64,000 bases of DNA from Acidilobaceae archaeon (GCA_038824665.1 JAWBBK010000001.1:95358-159357); one strand, 5' to 3'; numbered from the stretch's first letter, positions 49,849 to 58,441 are shown. Made by a program: numbers and translations. Notes: a model not told the origin generated them from the sequence alone.

Positions 49849-51084
49849 TTAGCTAAGTTTAGAGTTTATTACATCAAGCAATTCGTCTATGCTGTCTAAA
49901 ATCTCGGAGTAAATCCTTCTAACCTCTTCATCCTCTTCGAAGTCTTTAACTAAGCTTACGACTCTGTTCCTTGCACTTCTCAGACTTCTGCTATAGTCTA
50001 TGAGGCGAGGATCGAAGGGAGGTAGACTTCTGATCTTATTAGTAGCCAGCTTGACGTTAGCTTTGATCTCACTGAGTTCTCTTAAAACTCTATCCTTAGT
50101 CTTCAGTTCGTCCATGAGTATTACGGTTATCTTTTCGAAGTCTTCAATAGTTTTTGGCGCAACATATTTTATAACGATCAGGTCGTCAACAGAAGCGGAG
50201 ATCCTTCCATTGATTACTGCGTGAGCGGCTATGACCTTCATGAGCTTTCCCTTTCTTCTATCCGTTAGATGTATGCTCTTTGATTCCAAGGCTAAGAGTA
50301 ACTTGAGGATGTGATTTTTCACGTTCTCTAGATTTACTGAAAGCACAATCTTGTTGATGTTCTTTAAGTCCTCCATAGTCATGAGTGGTTTTGAGGTAGG
50401 TATGTCTCCACGCTCTATCTTCCAGCTGGCATCTAGAAGTCTAGACCAGAGTTCTTGGCTGAGAGGTTTTACATAAGTTCTTAATAAGAACCTATCGTAG
50501 AGCGCTTCTGTTTCAGGGTCTTCAGGCACTTTATTGGAGGCTCCAAAGAGACTCCAAAGCTTTGTCCTTATCTCCACATATCCATCGTATATTACACGTT
50601 CCATCATTAAACTCAACAAACAGTTCAGAACCGCGCTACTAGCGTTGAAGATCTCGTCGAGAAACGCTATCTCGGCTTCTGGTAGTTTGTCTTTAGTGAT
50701 TCTAACATAAGAACCTTTTAGTAAAGCGTTTACATCAAGAGGTCCGAAGAGTTCGCTGGGCTCAGTATATTTGGTTAACAGGTACTTGAAGAACTTAGCG
50801 TTAAGAAGGTCTGAAGCTCTTCTAACCAAAGCGCTCTTAGCAGTGCCTGGTTCTCCTATCAAGACAGCGTGCTCTCCTGTGAGAAGCGCTAGAGTTATTA
50901 GCAGTACCTCTTCCTGTCTTCCTACAAAGGGAGCTTCGAGTTCGTTCATAAACTTCCGAATTTTAGCCAAAGCCGAATCAAGAGAACGGCTCATACCTTC
51001 AGAGTTCTGTTCCTCCTTAAGATGAGTGGGTTTCAGAGAGCGCTCTAGACTTTTGTAGGTTTCTGGCTGAAAAACAGACACCAA
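49849..51084 (-). CDS. MoxR/RavA-like AAA+ ATPase
   Basis: Walker A GEPGTAKS and Walker B IAFLDEIF. The start may be the ATG at 50994 (MSRSLD) rather than the TTG at 51084. Confidence 0.8.
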   Translation of the reverse strand: MVSVFQPETYKSLERSLKPTHLKEEQNSEGMSRSLDSALAKIRKFMNELEAPFVGRQEEVLLITLALLTGEHAVLIGEPGTAKSALVRRASDLLNAKFFKYLLTKYTEPSELFGPLDVNALLKGSYVRITKDKLPEAEIAFLDEIFNASSAVLNCLLSLMMERVIYDGYVEIRTKLWSLFGASNKVPEDPETEALYDRFLLRTYVKPLSQELWSRLLDASWKIERGDIPTSKPLMTMEDLKNINKIVLSVNLENVKNHILKLLLALESKSIHLTDRRKGKLMKVIAAHAVINGRISASVDDLIVIKYVAPKTIEDFEKITVILMDELKTKDRVLRELSEIKANVKLATNKIRSLPPFDPRLIDYSRSLRSARNRVVSLVKDFEEDEEVRRIYSEILDSIDELLDVINSKLS

Positions 51085-51143
51085 CTCACCCCGAACTCTG
51101 CTGACTTAATTAAGGATAAACCCAAAGTAATTTAATTTAACTC

Positions 51144-52115
51144 TCAACTAGTCGTGGCGCGTTCTACAAAAGTCTCTACGATAAGAGCTGTCGTTAAAAG
51201 AAGCAGGGCCGACCTAGAGAAGTGTGCGTTCTCGCTTAGGATTTTCATGATTTCTTCGTTTCCTTCTTTTAAAGACTTAAGAATTCTTAGAGCATAGGGA
51301 ATAGGAAGGAGGGTCAGTAGAGCTACAAGTGGACTCACTATCTCTTTTATCGTAGATAGCAACAAGGACAACACAAAAATCATCAGTACGAGAAAGTAGC
51401 CTATCCACACCTTTTCTTTGAGGAGAATTGGAAGAGTCCTTCTTCCATACTTGATGTCAACTTTGACATCAGCTAAATGGTTTATATAAAGCGTGATTGT
51501 TGAGAGAGCCCCATATGTTGCTCCTAAAAAGATTGCTGATGTGTGGAGTTCCTTAGTAGCTACGTAGGCACAACCGAGAAACACTAGAACACTCCTCATA
51601 AAGGCTCCGAACTCTCCTAGTCCAAGTCTAAGCAGATAGGGATCATAGAGCAATATTATCAAGGCTCCAGCGATTACAAACAACAAGAGCACAAGACCGT
51701 AGAGAGCGCTAAGATATAGCCCTATAGAAAGGGCAACTATGAAGGTGAGTGTAGCTAAGACAAAGGCTTCAGTCAAAGAGATCTTCCCTTCAACTAAGAT
51801 CTTTGTCCCTCCGCTAAAAGGAGTCTTTAAAGTCTCTCTGTCTAGTCCGCTTTTATAGTCCTGTATTTCGTTGAGAGCGTTTACGCTGAGGTGAGCGAGC
51901 GTGACTCCAATAACGGCCAAGATTGATTCAAAAATAATACACTCTTCTGTTGTTTTACAACCATAGAAAATACCTCCTAAGCCTGCCAGTATAGTGCTAA
52001 GAGAGGTCTCAGGTCGCAAAAATCTCCAGTAAACACCGAACTTTTCTTTCCAGATCGGAATCTTCAGAAAAGATAGAACGATATTGTTTAAACTCTTCTT
52101 AATAAGTGATGTCAT
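51144..52115 (-). CDS. UbiA-family (MenA-like) aromatic prenyltransferase
   Basis: NEIQDYKSGLD (NxxxDxxxD-type) motif and about 9 TM helices. Confidence 0.75.
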   Translation of the reverse strand: MTSLIKKSLNNIVLSFLKIPIWKEKFGVYWRFLRPETSLSTILAGLGGIFYGCKTTEECIIFESILAVIGVTLAHLSVNALNEIQDYKSGLDRETLKTPFSGGTKILVEGKISLTEAFVLATLTFIVALSIGLYLSALYGLVLLLFVIAGALIILLYDPYLLRLGLGEFGAFMRSVLVFLGCAYVATKELHTSAIFLGATYGALSTITLYINHLADVKVDIKYGRRTLPILLKEKVWIGYFLVLMIFVLSLLLSTIKEIVSPLVALLTLLPIPYALRILKSLKEGNEEIMKILSENAHFSRSALLLLTTALIVETFVERATTS

Positions 52116-52145
52116 TTGAGTCCCTTAAAGAACAAATAGTTCAAG

Positions 52146-52153
52146 CTTTTTAG
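52146..52153 (+). promoter_or_regulatory. TATA-like box upstream of the tRNA-Gln 3' half
   Basis: CTTTTTAG lies 23-30 nt upstream of the first leader nucleotide (52176). It is in the 60-bp divergent spacer shared with the UbiA-family gene. Confidence 0.3.
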
Positions 52154-52171
52154 TTTGGAGATTTATACACT

Positions 52172-53068
52172 CTAAGGACGCGGGGTAGCGGCGGAGAGCC
52201 CCCGTGACCGGGGTTCGAATCCCCGCCCGGCTACCAATACTTTACAATAGCTTTCTTTCTCGAGATCACTCTCTCTAAGACCTCCACGAAAGTTTTTTGA
52301 CAGATCCTTTTTTCCTATTACTATAAAACGCGAAGGCTCAGGATATGTCCTTTCGAGAGCTTGTTCGATCACGTCTTCTCTAATGACCTCAACTAGCTGG
52401 TGTCTTGAAATTATGTGACCAAAACATATATCACTTTCCAACATGGCTTTTGTATATCTCTTCGGATAGTGAGGTCCTCCGAAAGCCGTTGCAGACATGC
52501 AGTTAGGAAGACCTTCTTCTAATTTGTTTACGACGTTGCTTACAGTAAGAGCCAGAGCGAGGATTGCTTTCATATCTCTCCATTGTTCCTCACAGCTACC
52601 TACCTCGATGAAGACTAGAGGCTTCTTTGATCCTGTGGGTCCGTGGTGAGTAGCTTCAAGAGTAACCTCATAAGTACTATCTAATTTGAGCTCTTGAGAA
52701 AGCTTGAAGTAGTAGAAAATAAGAGCTTTAGCTAGAGCAGGATAAGAAACGCCTAGTTCGAACGGCTTTCCCCCATTTGTTAGACTTGTAGGGTTTCCAA
52801 CGTGATGAACACTAAGCGTGCCTCTACACTCGCGAGAAGCGTGGCGAGAGAGCGCTATAAGAGGTCTTACTTCACTTCTAGGACTTACGTCAAGAATCTC
52901 TAAATCTAAGAGTTCTTGTTCGTAGCCGGCTATTAGTCCTCCCTCATAGCGATAACACTCTTTGGCTCCAGGACAGGTCGAAGGACTAGCTCTGAGATGT
53001 TCTACGAGCAGTTTTGAAGCTGAGACTCCTACAGGATCTTTTACCGAATATACTATGTCTATCTCCAT
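52172..53068 (-). CDS. dtdA: D-aminoacyl-tRNA deacylase, archaeal DTD2 type
   Basis: MEIDIVYSVKDPVG N-terminus and the LSRHASR, HHVGN and ATHHGPT motifs. The last ~21 codons are antisense to the tRNA-Gln 3' half. Confidence 0.7.
   Translation of the reverse strand: MEIDIVYSVKDPVGVSASKLLVEHLRASPSTCPGAKECYRYEGGLIAGYEQELLDLEILDVSPRSEVRPLIALSRHASRECRGTLSVHHVGNPTSLTNGGKPFELGVSYPALAKALIFYYFKLSQELKLDSTYEVTLEATHHGPTGSKKPLVFIEVGSCEEQWRDMKAILALALTVSNVVNKLEEGLPNCMSATAFGGPHYPKRYTKAMLESDICFGHIISRHQLVEVIREDVIEQALERTYPEPSRFIVIGKKDLSKNFRGGLRESDLEKESYCKVLVAGRGFEPRSRGLSAATPRP
52176..52236 (+). tRNA. Split tRNA-Gln(UUG), 5' leader plus 3' half (positions 38-76, CCA encoded)
   Basis: Leader GGACGCGGGG-UA-GCGGC-GGAG-AG, then C-CCCCG-UGAC-CGGGG-UUCGAAU-CCCCG-CCCGGCU-A-CCA. 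The acceptor 3' strand is the exact complement of AGCCGGG at 47343-47349. Confidence 0.85.
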
Positions 53069-53595
53069 GTCTCTTCATCCAGCCGACGCCTGGCTATCAT
53101 TAACAACAACATAGTCTTCAAATCTCTTATCTTTCCTTTGCGCAGGAGTTCGAACGCTTCATCAAGACTGACGACTAAGCGTTCTAAAACTTCGTGAGGC
53201 TCGGGAACACCATCGCTCGGTTCAGGGTCCCAAGCTATGAATAAAGTCATATATTCTGTAGAGTATCCAGGAGATACAAAGCCTTCGTTAACTCGTTCTA
53301 GCTCTTTGGTTGTAAGCCCTGCTTCTTCTTTCAGCTCTCTCAGAGCAGCCTCTTCGGGGCTTTCACCCTCTTTCTGTGTACCCGCAGGAGCTTCTAGAAG
53401 CCACTCTCTAACTGCAGGTCTGTACTGTCTTACTAGTACAGTTGTTCTCTCCTTTCTCCATATGGGGAGCACGGCTACGCTTTTGGGAAAAACGACTCTG
53501 TCTACAAACATCTTAATCCCGTTGGGCAAAACCTCTTCACGACACTCTAAAGAGACCCTTCTACATTTGATGCTGTTTGGATCTTTTGTTTTCAA
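53059..53595 (-). CDS. Nudix hydrolase (ADP-ribose pyrophosphatase-like)
   Basis: Nudix box GTQKEGESPEEAALRELKEEAGL. Confidence 0.85.
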   Translation of the reverse strand: MKTKDPNSIKCRRVSLECREEVLPNGIKMFVDRVVFPKSVAVLPIWRKERTTVLVRQYRPAVREWLLEAPAGTQKEGESPEEAALRELKEEAGLTTKELERVNEGFVSPGYSTEYMTLFIAWDPEPSDGVPEPHEVLERLVVSLDEAFELLRKGKIRDLKTMLLLMIARRRLDEETWR

Positions 53596-53742
53596 AAAGC
53601 TTCACCTCGATGATACAAATCTTTTTTCTATACTCTTTAGCGACGGAGGGCGCTTTTGTTCTTTAGAAGGATATAGAACCACTTGTTTCCTCATCTCCTT
53701 ATTTTAGCTTTGGAAGGAACTAGTTTTGTGAGCGTGTAGTAA

Positions 53743-54195
53743 ATGAGTAGAACTAGCGGCTTCATTAAGGTAAGTGATTTAAAAGAGGGGTTAGAAGGTC
53801 TGACCTTGAGGGTTCGTGTTCTCGAGGTTTACGATAAAAAAGTCGTCGAGACCAAGAGAGGTCCCAGGACGCTTAGCGAAGCTTTAGTGGGCGATGAAAC
53901 CGGGAGAGTTAAGCTTACCTTGTGGGGTAAGCTTGCTGGAAGCTTAAAGGCTGGAGAAGTTATCGAGATCTCCAACTGTTGGACTACTAGCTACAAAGGT
54001 GAAGTTCAAGTCAATGCAGGTAGCTTGAGTTCAATAAAGAGAATAGAGGAGAAAGAGCTTCCTAACGTTGAGGAGATTCCGGAAGACCGTCCTAGGACTT
54101 CAACTAAAGGGTCTGAGTTTAGAGCCGAGAGAAAGAGCAATCCCAAGAATAGAGAAGGCCGAAGAGCTGGAAGAGGACGGATTCAGAGATTCTAA
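53743..54195 (+). CDS. ssb: Crenarchaeal single-stranded DNA-binding protein (single OB fold plus basic/Gly tail)
   Basis: EALVGDETGRVKLTLWGKLAGSLKAGEVIEISNCWTTSYKGEVQVNAGS is nearly colinear with the Sulfolobus SSB OB-fold core. Arg/Gly-rich C-terminal tail. Confidence 0.88.
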   Translation: MSRTSGFIKVSDLKEGLEGLTLRVRVLEVYDKKVVETKRGPRTLSEALVGDETGRVKLTLWGKLAGSLKAGEVIEISNCWTTSYKGEVQVNAGSLSSIKRIEEKELPNVEEIPEDRPRTSTKGSEFRAERKSNPKNREGRRAGRGRIQRF

Positions 54196-54287
54196 GCCGG
54201 AATCGAAGTCTCAGTAGATAAACTTAATAAAGCACAGATCTACGCAAACTATAATTAACTTTGGATAATAAGATTCCATAGGAGCTG

Positions 54288-54905
54288 GTGCTAAACCCAA
54301 TGAGTATACTACATTCAGGCAAGTACGTTAGCGTCGTTGTCGATAACACTAAAGTAAAAATTGGAGGGAGAATTTATGAAACAGGTCACGTTTTTATAGT
54401 GGGAGCGCATTCAATTGTTGTCGAAGCGACTTCGCTGAAGTTCAGGATGGAAACTCTTGTCCCGATAGAGTCGCGTATAGACTCCACTATGGAAGATGTA
54501 TTAAAGGTCTATGTACCAGAATACAAATTTGAAGTAGACTCTTATGGTTCTAAGATGAATGTCAAGCAGAACGGCGTTATCGAGATGGTAGGAGAGATTG
54601 TAACTCTCAAGCTTGAGTCAGATATAGAGACAGAGTCGGTTATAGTAAAGATACCGAGGTTCAAGAAGGTTAAGGCCCAGAAAGTTAAGATCACAGCCGA
54701 GAACGAAGTTTCAGCGAACTTCATTCTGAATCCTCTCGTAGGAGTTATCTCAATATCTAAAGCTCGTTGTGTTCTTAAAGAATCAGAAAGCGAGCTAGAG
54801 ATCTCTTGTACTTTCAACGAAAACGCTTTCATCGAGAAAGAAGAGATCAGAGAGCCTATAGAGGCGAAGAGACCAGTTGCTGAAAGCCACAGATTCGAGC
54901 AATAA
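54288..54905 (+). CDS. Hypothetical protein (beta-rich, 205 aa)
   Basis: ORF in a co-directional array with the next two orphan ORFs and uppS. No recognisable motif. Confidence 0.45.
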   Translation: MLNPMSILHSGKYVSVVVDNTKVKIGGRIYETGHVFIVGAHSIVVEATSLKFRMETLVPIESRIDSTMEDVLKVYVPEYKFEVDSYGSKMNVKQNGVIEMVGEIVTLKLESDIETESVIVKIPRFKKVKAQKVKITAENEVSANFILNPLVGVISISKARCVLKESESELEISCTFNENAFIEKEEIREPIEAKRPVAESHRFEQ

Positions 54906-55251
54906 GTTCAGAACCTCATGCTATTTTTGTAGTTCCTTAGCAACATCTTCCTGTTCATCATGTGGAAGACCTGTATGTGATAAGCACTTAATCGATTTAA
55001 GAATATGTAGCGTTTGCTTAGAAGCTTTGTGCAGACTCTGCAGAGAGCGCCTCTCAACATCTTCCTGTTCATCATGTGGAAGACCTGTATGCTTTCAGTG
55101 TTCAAAACAAATCGATAATGTGCGCAGAGTTTGTAGAGACTGTTTGAAGGCTTCTAGAAGGGGAGCGGAGATCATTCATGTTGAAAGAGTCAAGAAGACT
55201 TATGAGATCTTAAGGCTTTCTGAAAAGGGAAGCCAGGATCAGCAAAAATAA
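54877..55251 (+). CDS. Cys-rich zinc-finger protein with an internally duplicated CSSCGRPVC module
   Basis: 16 Cys in 124 aa arranged as repeated CxxC pairs, with the module (S)TSSCSSCGRPVC duplicated. The TTG start is uncertain. Confidence 0.5.
   Translation: MLKATDSSNKFRTSCYFCSSLATSSCSSCGRPVCDKHLIDLRICSVCLEALCRLCRERLSTSSCSSCGRPVCFQCSKQIDNVRRVCRDCLKASRRGAEIIHVERVKKTYEILRLSEKGSQDQQK
54941..55091 (+). repeat. 37-bp perfect direct repeat (two copies, 54941-54977 and 55055-55091), in frame inside the zinc-finger ORF
   Basis: CAACATCTTCCTGTTCATCATGTGGAAGACCTGTATG occurs twice, 114 bp (38 codons) apart. The flanking bases differ. Confidence 0.95.
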
Positions 55252-55284
55252 GCCTTCAGTTTAAGGAGAGAGTGGGCATAGGCT

Positions 55285-55827
55285 ATGAGACATGATGTAA
55301 TAGCTAGAGAGCAAAGCGTTTTAGAGAACCTAATCTCTAAAGCTCCAAAACAGGGCTATCGGTCTCTTGTTTCGCTTTCACTGATTTCAGAACTTCTTAG
55401 ATTAGTAAAGCTTGCTGGAGAAGTTCTAGCTAAGACTGAGTGTTCAGTTAGAGGTAAGGGCTCTTGTATCAGCGGAGGTTCAGGAGAAAAGTACTGTCAT
55501 ACCGGTTGCTACGGTTATAGAGTGGTAGAGAAATCCGGTATATCAACGCTATTTCGTTATACCGATAGACCTTTGGCTATAAGTGCTGGAGAGAACTTTC
55601 TTAAAATCTCGACAAAGCTTTACTCCATAGAGTTAATGGGCAGTAGGGTTAGGGCTGTTCTTCGCGACGTGCCTAAAGAGTTAGAAGTAGATTTAGCTGA
55701 TAGTGATTCGTTGGCTACTAGCGCTCATCTCTTTAAAATAACGTTACCAGAACTCATCAGGGAGTTGGAAGTAGCAAACGTTAACTTATCTACCTGTTTG
55801 AGGATGTCAGCGATAGCATGCTCTTGA
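55285..55827 (+). CDS. Hypothetical protein (180 aa, central Cys cluster)
   Basis: ATG-initiated ORF with a C-x8-C-x9-C-x3-C cluster. No recognisable family. Confidence 0.45.
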   Translation: MRHDVIAREQSVLENLISKAPKQGYRSLVSLSLISELLRLVKLAGEVLAKTECSVRGKGSCISGGSGEKYCHTGCYGYRVVEKSGISTLFRYTDRPLAISAGENFLKISTKLYSIELMGSRVRAVLRDVPKELEVDLADSDSLATSAHLFKITLPELIRELEVANVNLSTCLRMSAIACS

Positions 55828-55851
55828 CTACAAACGATTCAGGTTTCAATC

Positions 55852-56463
55852 TTGATCGTTAGACACATAGGCATAATTCCTGACGGCAATAGACGCTGGG
55901 CTAAACTTCATAGAACGAGCTTGCGCGAAGCATATGAGAGAGGTCTAAGAGTCCTCGAGAGAACGGTTCTAAACCTCTTTGAGTTGCCTGTAAGTTCCGT
56001 TACTATCTATGCTCTTAGCTATGAGAACTGCACTGCTAGAAGTAGAGAAGAGCTGGAAGTTCTAGAAGAAGTGATCAGATTAGGGCTCGAGTCTCTCCAG
56101 AAGTTCGTAGAAAGAAACGTGGTCGCTGTTAGAGTCTACGGGGATGAAAGTAGGCTCTCAGAGGAGATTAGGAACAAAATAAAAGAGTTAGAAGAAGAGT
56201 CTCCATTATCTTCTTTCATGTTGAACATAGGTCTGTGCTATAGATGTGAACCAAAAACAGGATACAAAAGGGGAGAGCTTCAACAACCTGTCGATTTAGT
56301 TATAAGAACTGGAGGTAGGTCTCGTTTAAGCGGCTTCTTCCCTATAGATTCAAGTTATGCTGAGATATATGTAACGGAAAAGCTATGGCCGGACTTTACG
56401 GAGAACGATTTGGAGGAGGCAATTATGTGGTTTATGAAGCAAAAAAGGAACTTCGGTAGATGA
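55852..56463 (+). CDS. uppS: Undecaprenyl/di-trans,poly-cis-prenyl diphosphate synthase (cis-prenyltransferase)
   Basis: IGIIPDGNRRWA and RTGGRSRLSGFFP motifs. Short form of 203 aa. Confidence 0.85.
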   Translation: MIVRHIGIIPDGNRRWAKLHRTSLREAYERGLRVLERTVLNLFELPVSSVTIYALSYENCTARSREELEVLEEVIRLGLESLQKFVERNVVAVRVYGDESRLSEEIRNKIKELEEESPLSSFMLNIGLCYRCEPKTGYKRGELQQPVDLVIRTGGRSRLSGFFPIDSSYAEIYVTEKLWPDFTENDLEEAIMWFMKQKRNFGR

Positions 56464-56540
56464 GAGATGACTAACTTAAAGACCGTTTAGGTTTTGAAAA
56501 GGAGTCCTTTAGATTTCTAAGATGTAAAATTGCGAGATCT

Positions 56541-57659
56541 TCACATTATTTTTTTCAATACCACTTCTAGAATGCCGGCAGTAATTCCTCCCAAAGCTAA
56601 AAACAATATGAAGTTGCTTTCCAATATGGCTCTTATTAAGACTTCTGAAGTTAAGCCTTCAGTGGTAGTCACAAGAGCTTCGAGAGTTGAGCCTAAGCTG
56701 TAGAATCCTCCGGATAATAGGAGAAAAGCTACAGAGAGGACTAAAGAATCCACAGATTTGAACTCTCCGAGCAGAAGGTCTCTCAATACGTTTCCTATTA
56801 GCAAAGCTAGAGAGAATCCGATTAAAGCTAGGGGGGCAGAGAACCCTAGGAAGGCTACGAGACCTTCTGTCATACCTTCTCTCATTGAGGCTTCGATCGT
56901 TATGTAGGCGCTGGCAGACGTAAGGGCTAAAAGTATGGTTAAAGCGACTAATCTGATATAAAGAGGTTCTTTTATGTAGTTCAGAGTCCTCACAGCTAAG
57001 GACATAGCGTAGTCTTCAAGACCAAATCCCCGTATAAACATTACTGTTCCCAATATTATCAGAGAGATCTTGACAGCAAGACTCAACATATTGAAGACAG
57101 CTAATATCCCCAATAGAGTTAAAATCAGACCTGGAATACCTAAAAAGTATCTGACAAACCTAGGGTCTTCTAAAGCCTTTCTTAAGTATCTGGAAAACAA
57201 TACATAGCTCGTCTCTATACCTGCATGTTGTTCTACAACGATCCTTTTGACCACAGCTATGGGAGCAACATCGCTCAAGATCTCTCCTATCATGACTTCG
57301 TCTAACCCGTCTCCGACTATGTAGAGTTCTACATTTCCTTCCAAACTATCAACTATTTTTCTGATCCTTTCTTTAATTTTGAGCTGGGCTTCTACTTCAT
57401 CACCTTTATGTCCTCCTACTATAGCTATTTCTGGTTTTGCATCTCTTTCTTGAAGTCTCCAATAAAGACTGAGTCCATAAAATATAGCATTGAGATCTGC
57501 GTCTTCAGATCTGGTTTTAGCATAAGATAAGGCAGCAGAGAGAACGCTTTCAGCTCCTATGATCACGCTAGATCCCGTTACCTCGAATATGTCGTTATCG
57601 ATATCAACTATGACCACAAACGGCCTTCTAGACACAGTGAACTCCCTAGTCTCTTCCAT
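56541..57659 (-). CDS. DUF373-like archaeal membrane protein
   Basis: An N-terminal soluble domain (VVIVDIDNDI) followed by about 6 TM helices. Confidence 0.5.
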   Translation of the reverse strand: MEETREFTVSRRPFVVIVDIDNDIFEVTGSSVIIGAESVLSAALSYAKTRSEDADLNAIFYGLSLYWRLQERDAKPEIAIVGGHKGDEVEAQLKIKERIRKIVDSLEGNVELYIVGDGLDEVMIGEILSDVAPIAVVKRIVVEQHAGIETSYVLFSRYLRKALEDPRFVRYFLGIPGLILTLLGILAVFNMLSLAVKISLIILGTVMFIRGFGLEDYAMSLAVRTLNYIKEPLYIRLVALTILLALTSASAYITIEASMREGMTEGLVAFLGFSAPLALIGFSLALLIGNVLRDLLLGEFKSVDSLVLSVAFLLLSGGFYSLGSTLEALVTTTEGLTSEVLIRAILESNFILFLALGGITAGILEVVLKKIM

Positions 57660-57844
57660 ATCTGGCTATATTCAAGGACGTATTTTAGTCTAACTCTAAC
57701 TCTTTGTAATAAACGTTTAACATAAGCATAGCGGGTTGAGGATAACGCTTAGACCAAATCCATAAACTCTTGTTCTCGAGCCTGGAGAGTTCTGACAAAT
57801 ACAAGCATAGGACGGTAGTGAGGCCAGGTTTTTCTGTTTTTTCG

Positions 57845-58441
57845 TCATCTAGAGCTGAGGGCTATCCTCTCTATCTCTTCTTTCTGTCTTATAGCATAAC
57901 TTTCTGGAGAGTTTCTCGACGCCTTTATGATCTCTTCCGCTAGACACTCCTCTATAGATTTAGGACTTCTGAATGCACAGAGCCTAGCTCCTTCAACTAT
58001 AAATCGAAGAGCCAGATCCACTCTCCTCTGAGGGGATACGTCTACAGAAACATGATATGTTATGCCTCCATACATTATCCTTGTTGTCTCCTCTCTTGGG
58101 GCTGAGTTCTCTATGGCTTTTACCAGAACTTGAATAGGATTTTCTTTTGTTTCGTAATATATGATCTCGAAAGCCGTTTTGGTTATATTGTAGGCTAAAT
58201 GCTTTTTGCCTCCGTTCTTACCTGGAAACATGAGTTTGTTGATTAAGCGCTCTACTATGTTGACCTCAGCTTTGCTGAACCTTCTGTGTTCATGTCTTCC
58301 TCCGCTATGGGGAAGATAGACAGGCTTTAGACAGATGTACTTTTTGAGACCAGGATCTCTGACCTCTATTCCTGCGAAGCTCCACTTACCGAAAAGCAGA
58401 GGCTCGCTAAGCTCTACTCTCAGCGTTTTCTCCTCGCTCAT
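57845..58441 (-). CDS. rps7: 30S ribosomal protein S7 (uS7)
   Basis: [14 protein letters not shown] and PREETTRI motifs; 198 aa. Confidence 0.9.
   Translation of the reverse strand: MSEEKTLRVELSEPLLFGKWSFAGIEVRDPGLKKYICLKPVYLPHSGGRHEHRRFSKAEVNIVERLINKLMFPGKNGGKKHLAYNITKTAFEIIYYETKENPIQVLVKAIENSAPREETTRIMYGGITYHVSVDVSPQRRVDLALRFIVEGARLCAFRSPKSIEECLAEEIIKASRNSPESYAIRQKEEIERIALSSR

Noticed and set aside
53237-53707. 156-aa plus-strand ORF
   Set aside because: It lies antisense to the Nudix hydrolase gene, which has a clear Nudix box, and has shadow-frame composition. The same reasoning applies to other antisense ORFs in the track, such as 237-533, 9109-9426, 14974-15312, 25055-25426, 26709-27104, 29487-29981, 40255-40626 and 49135-49458.
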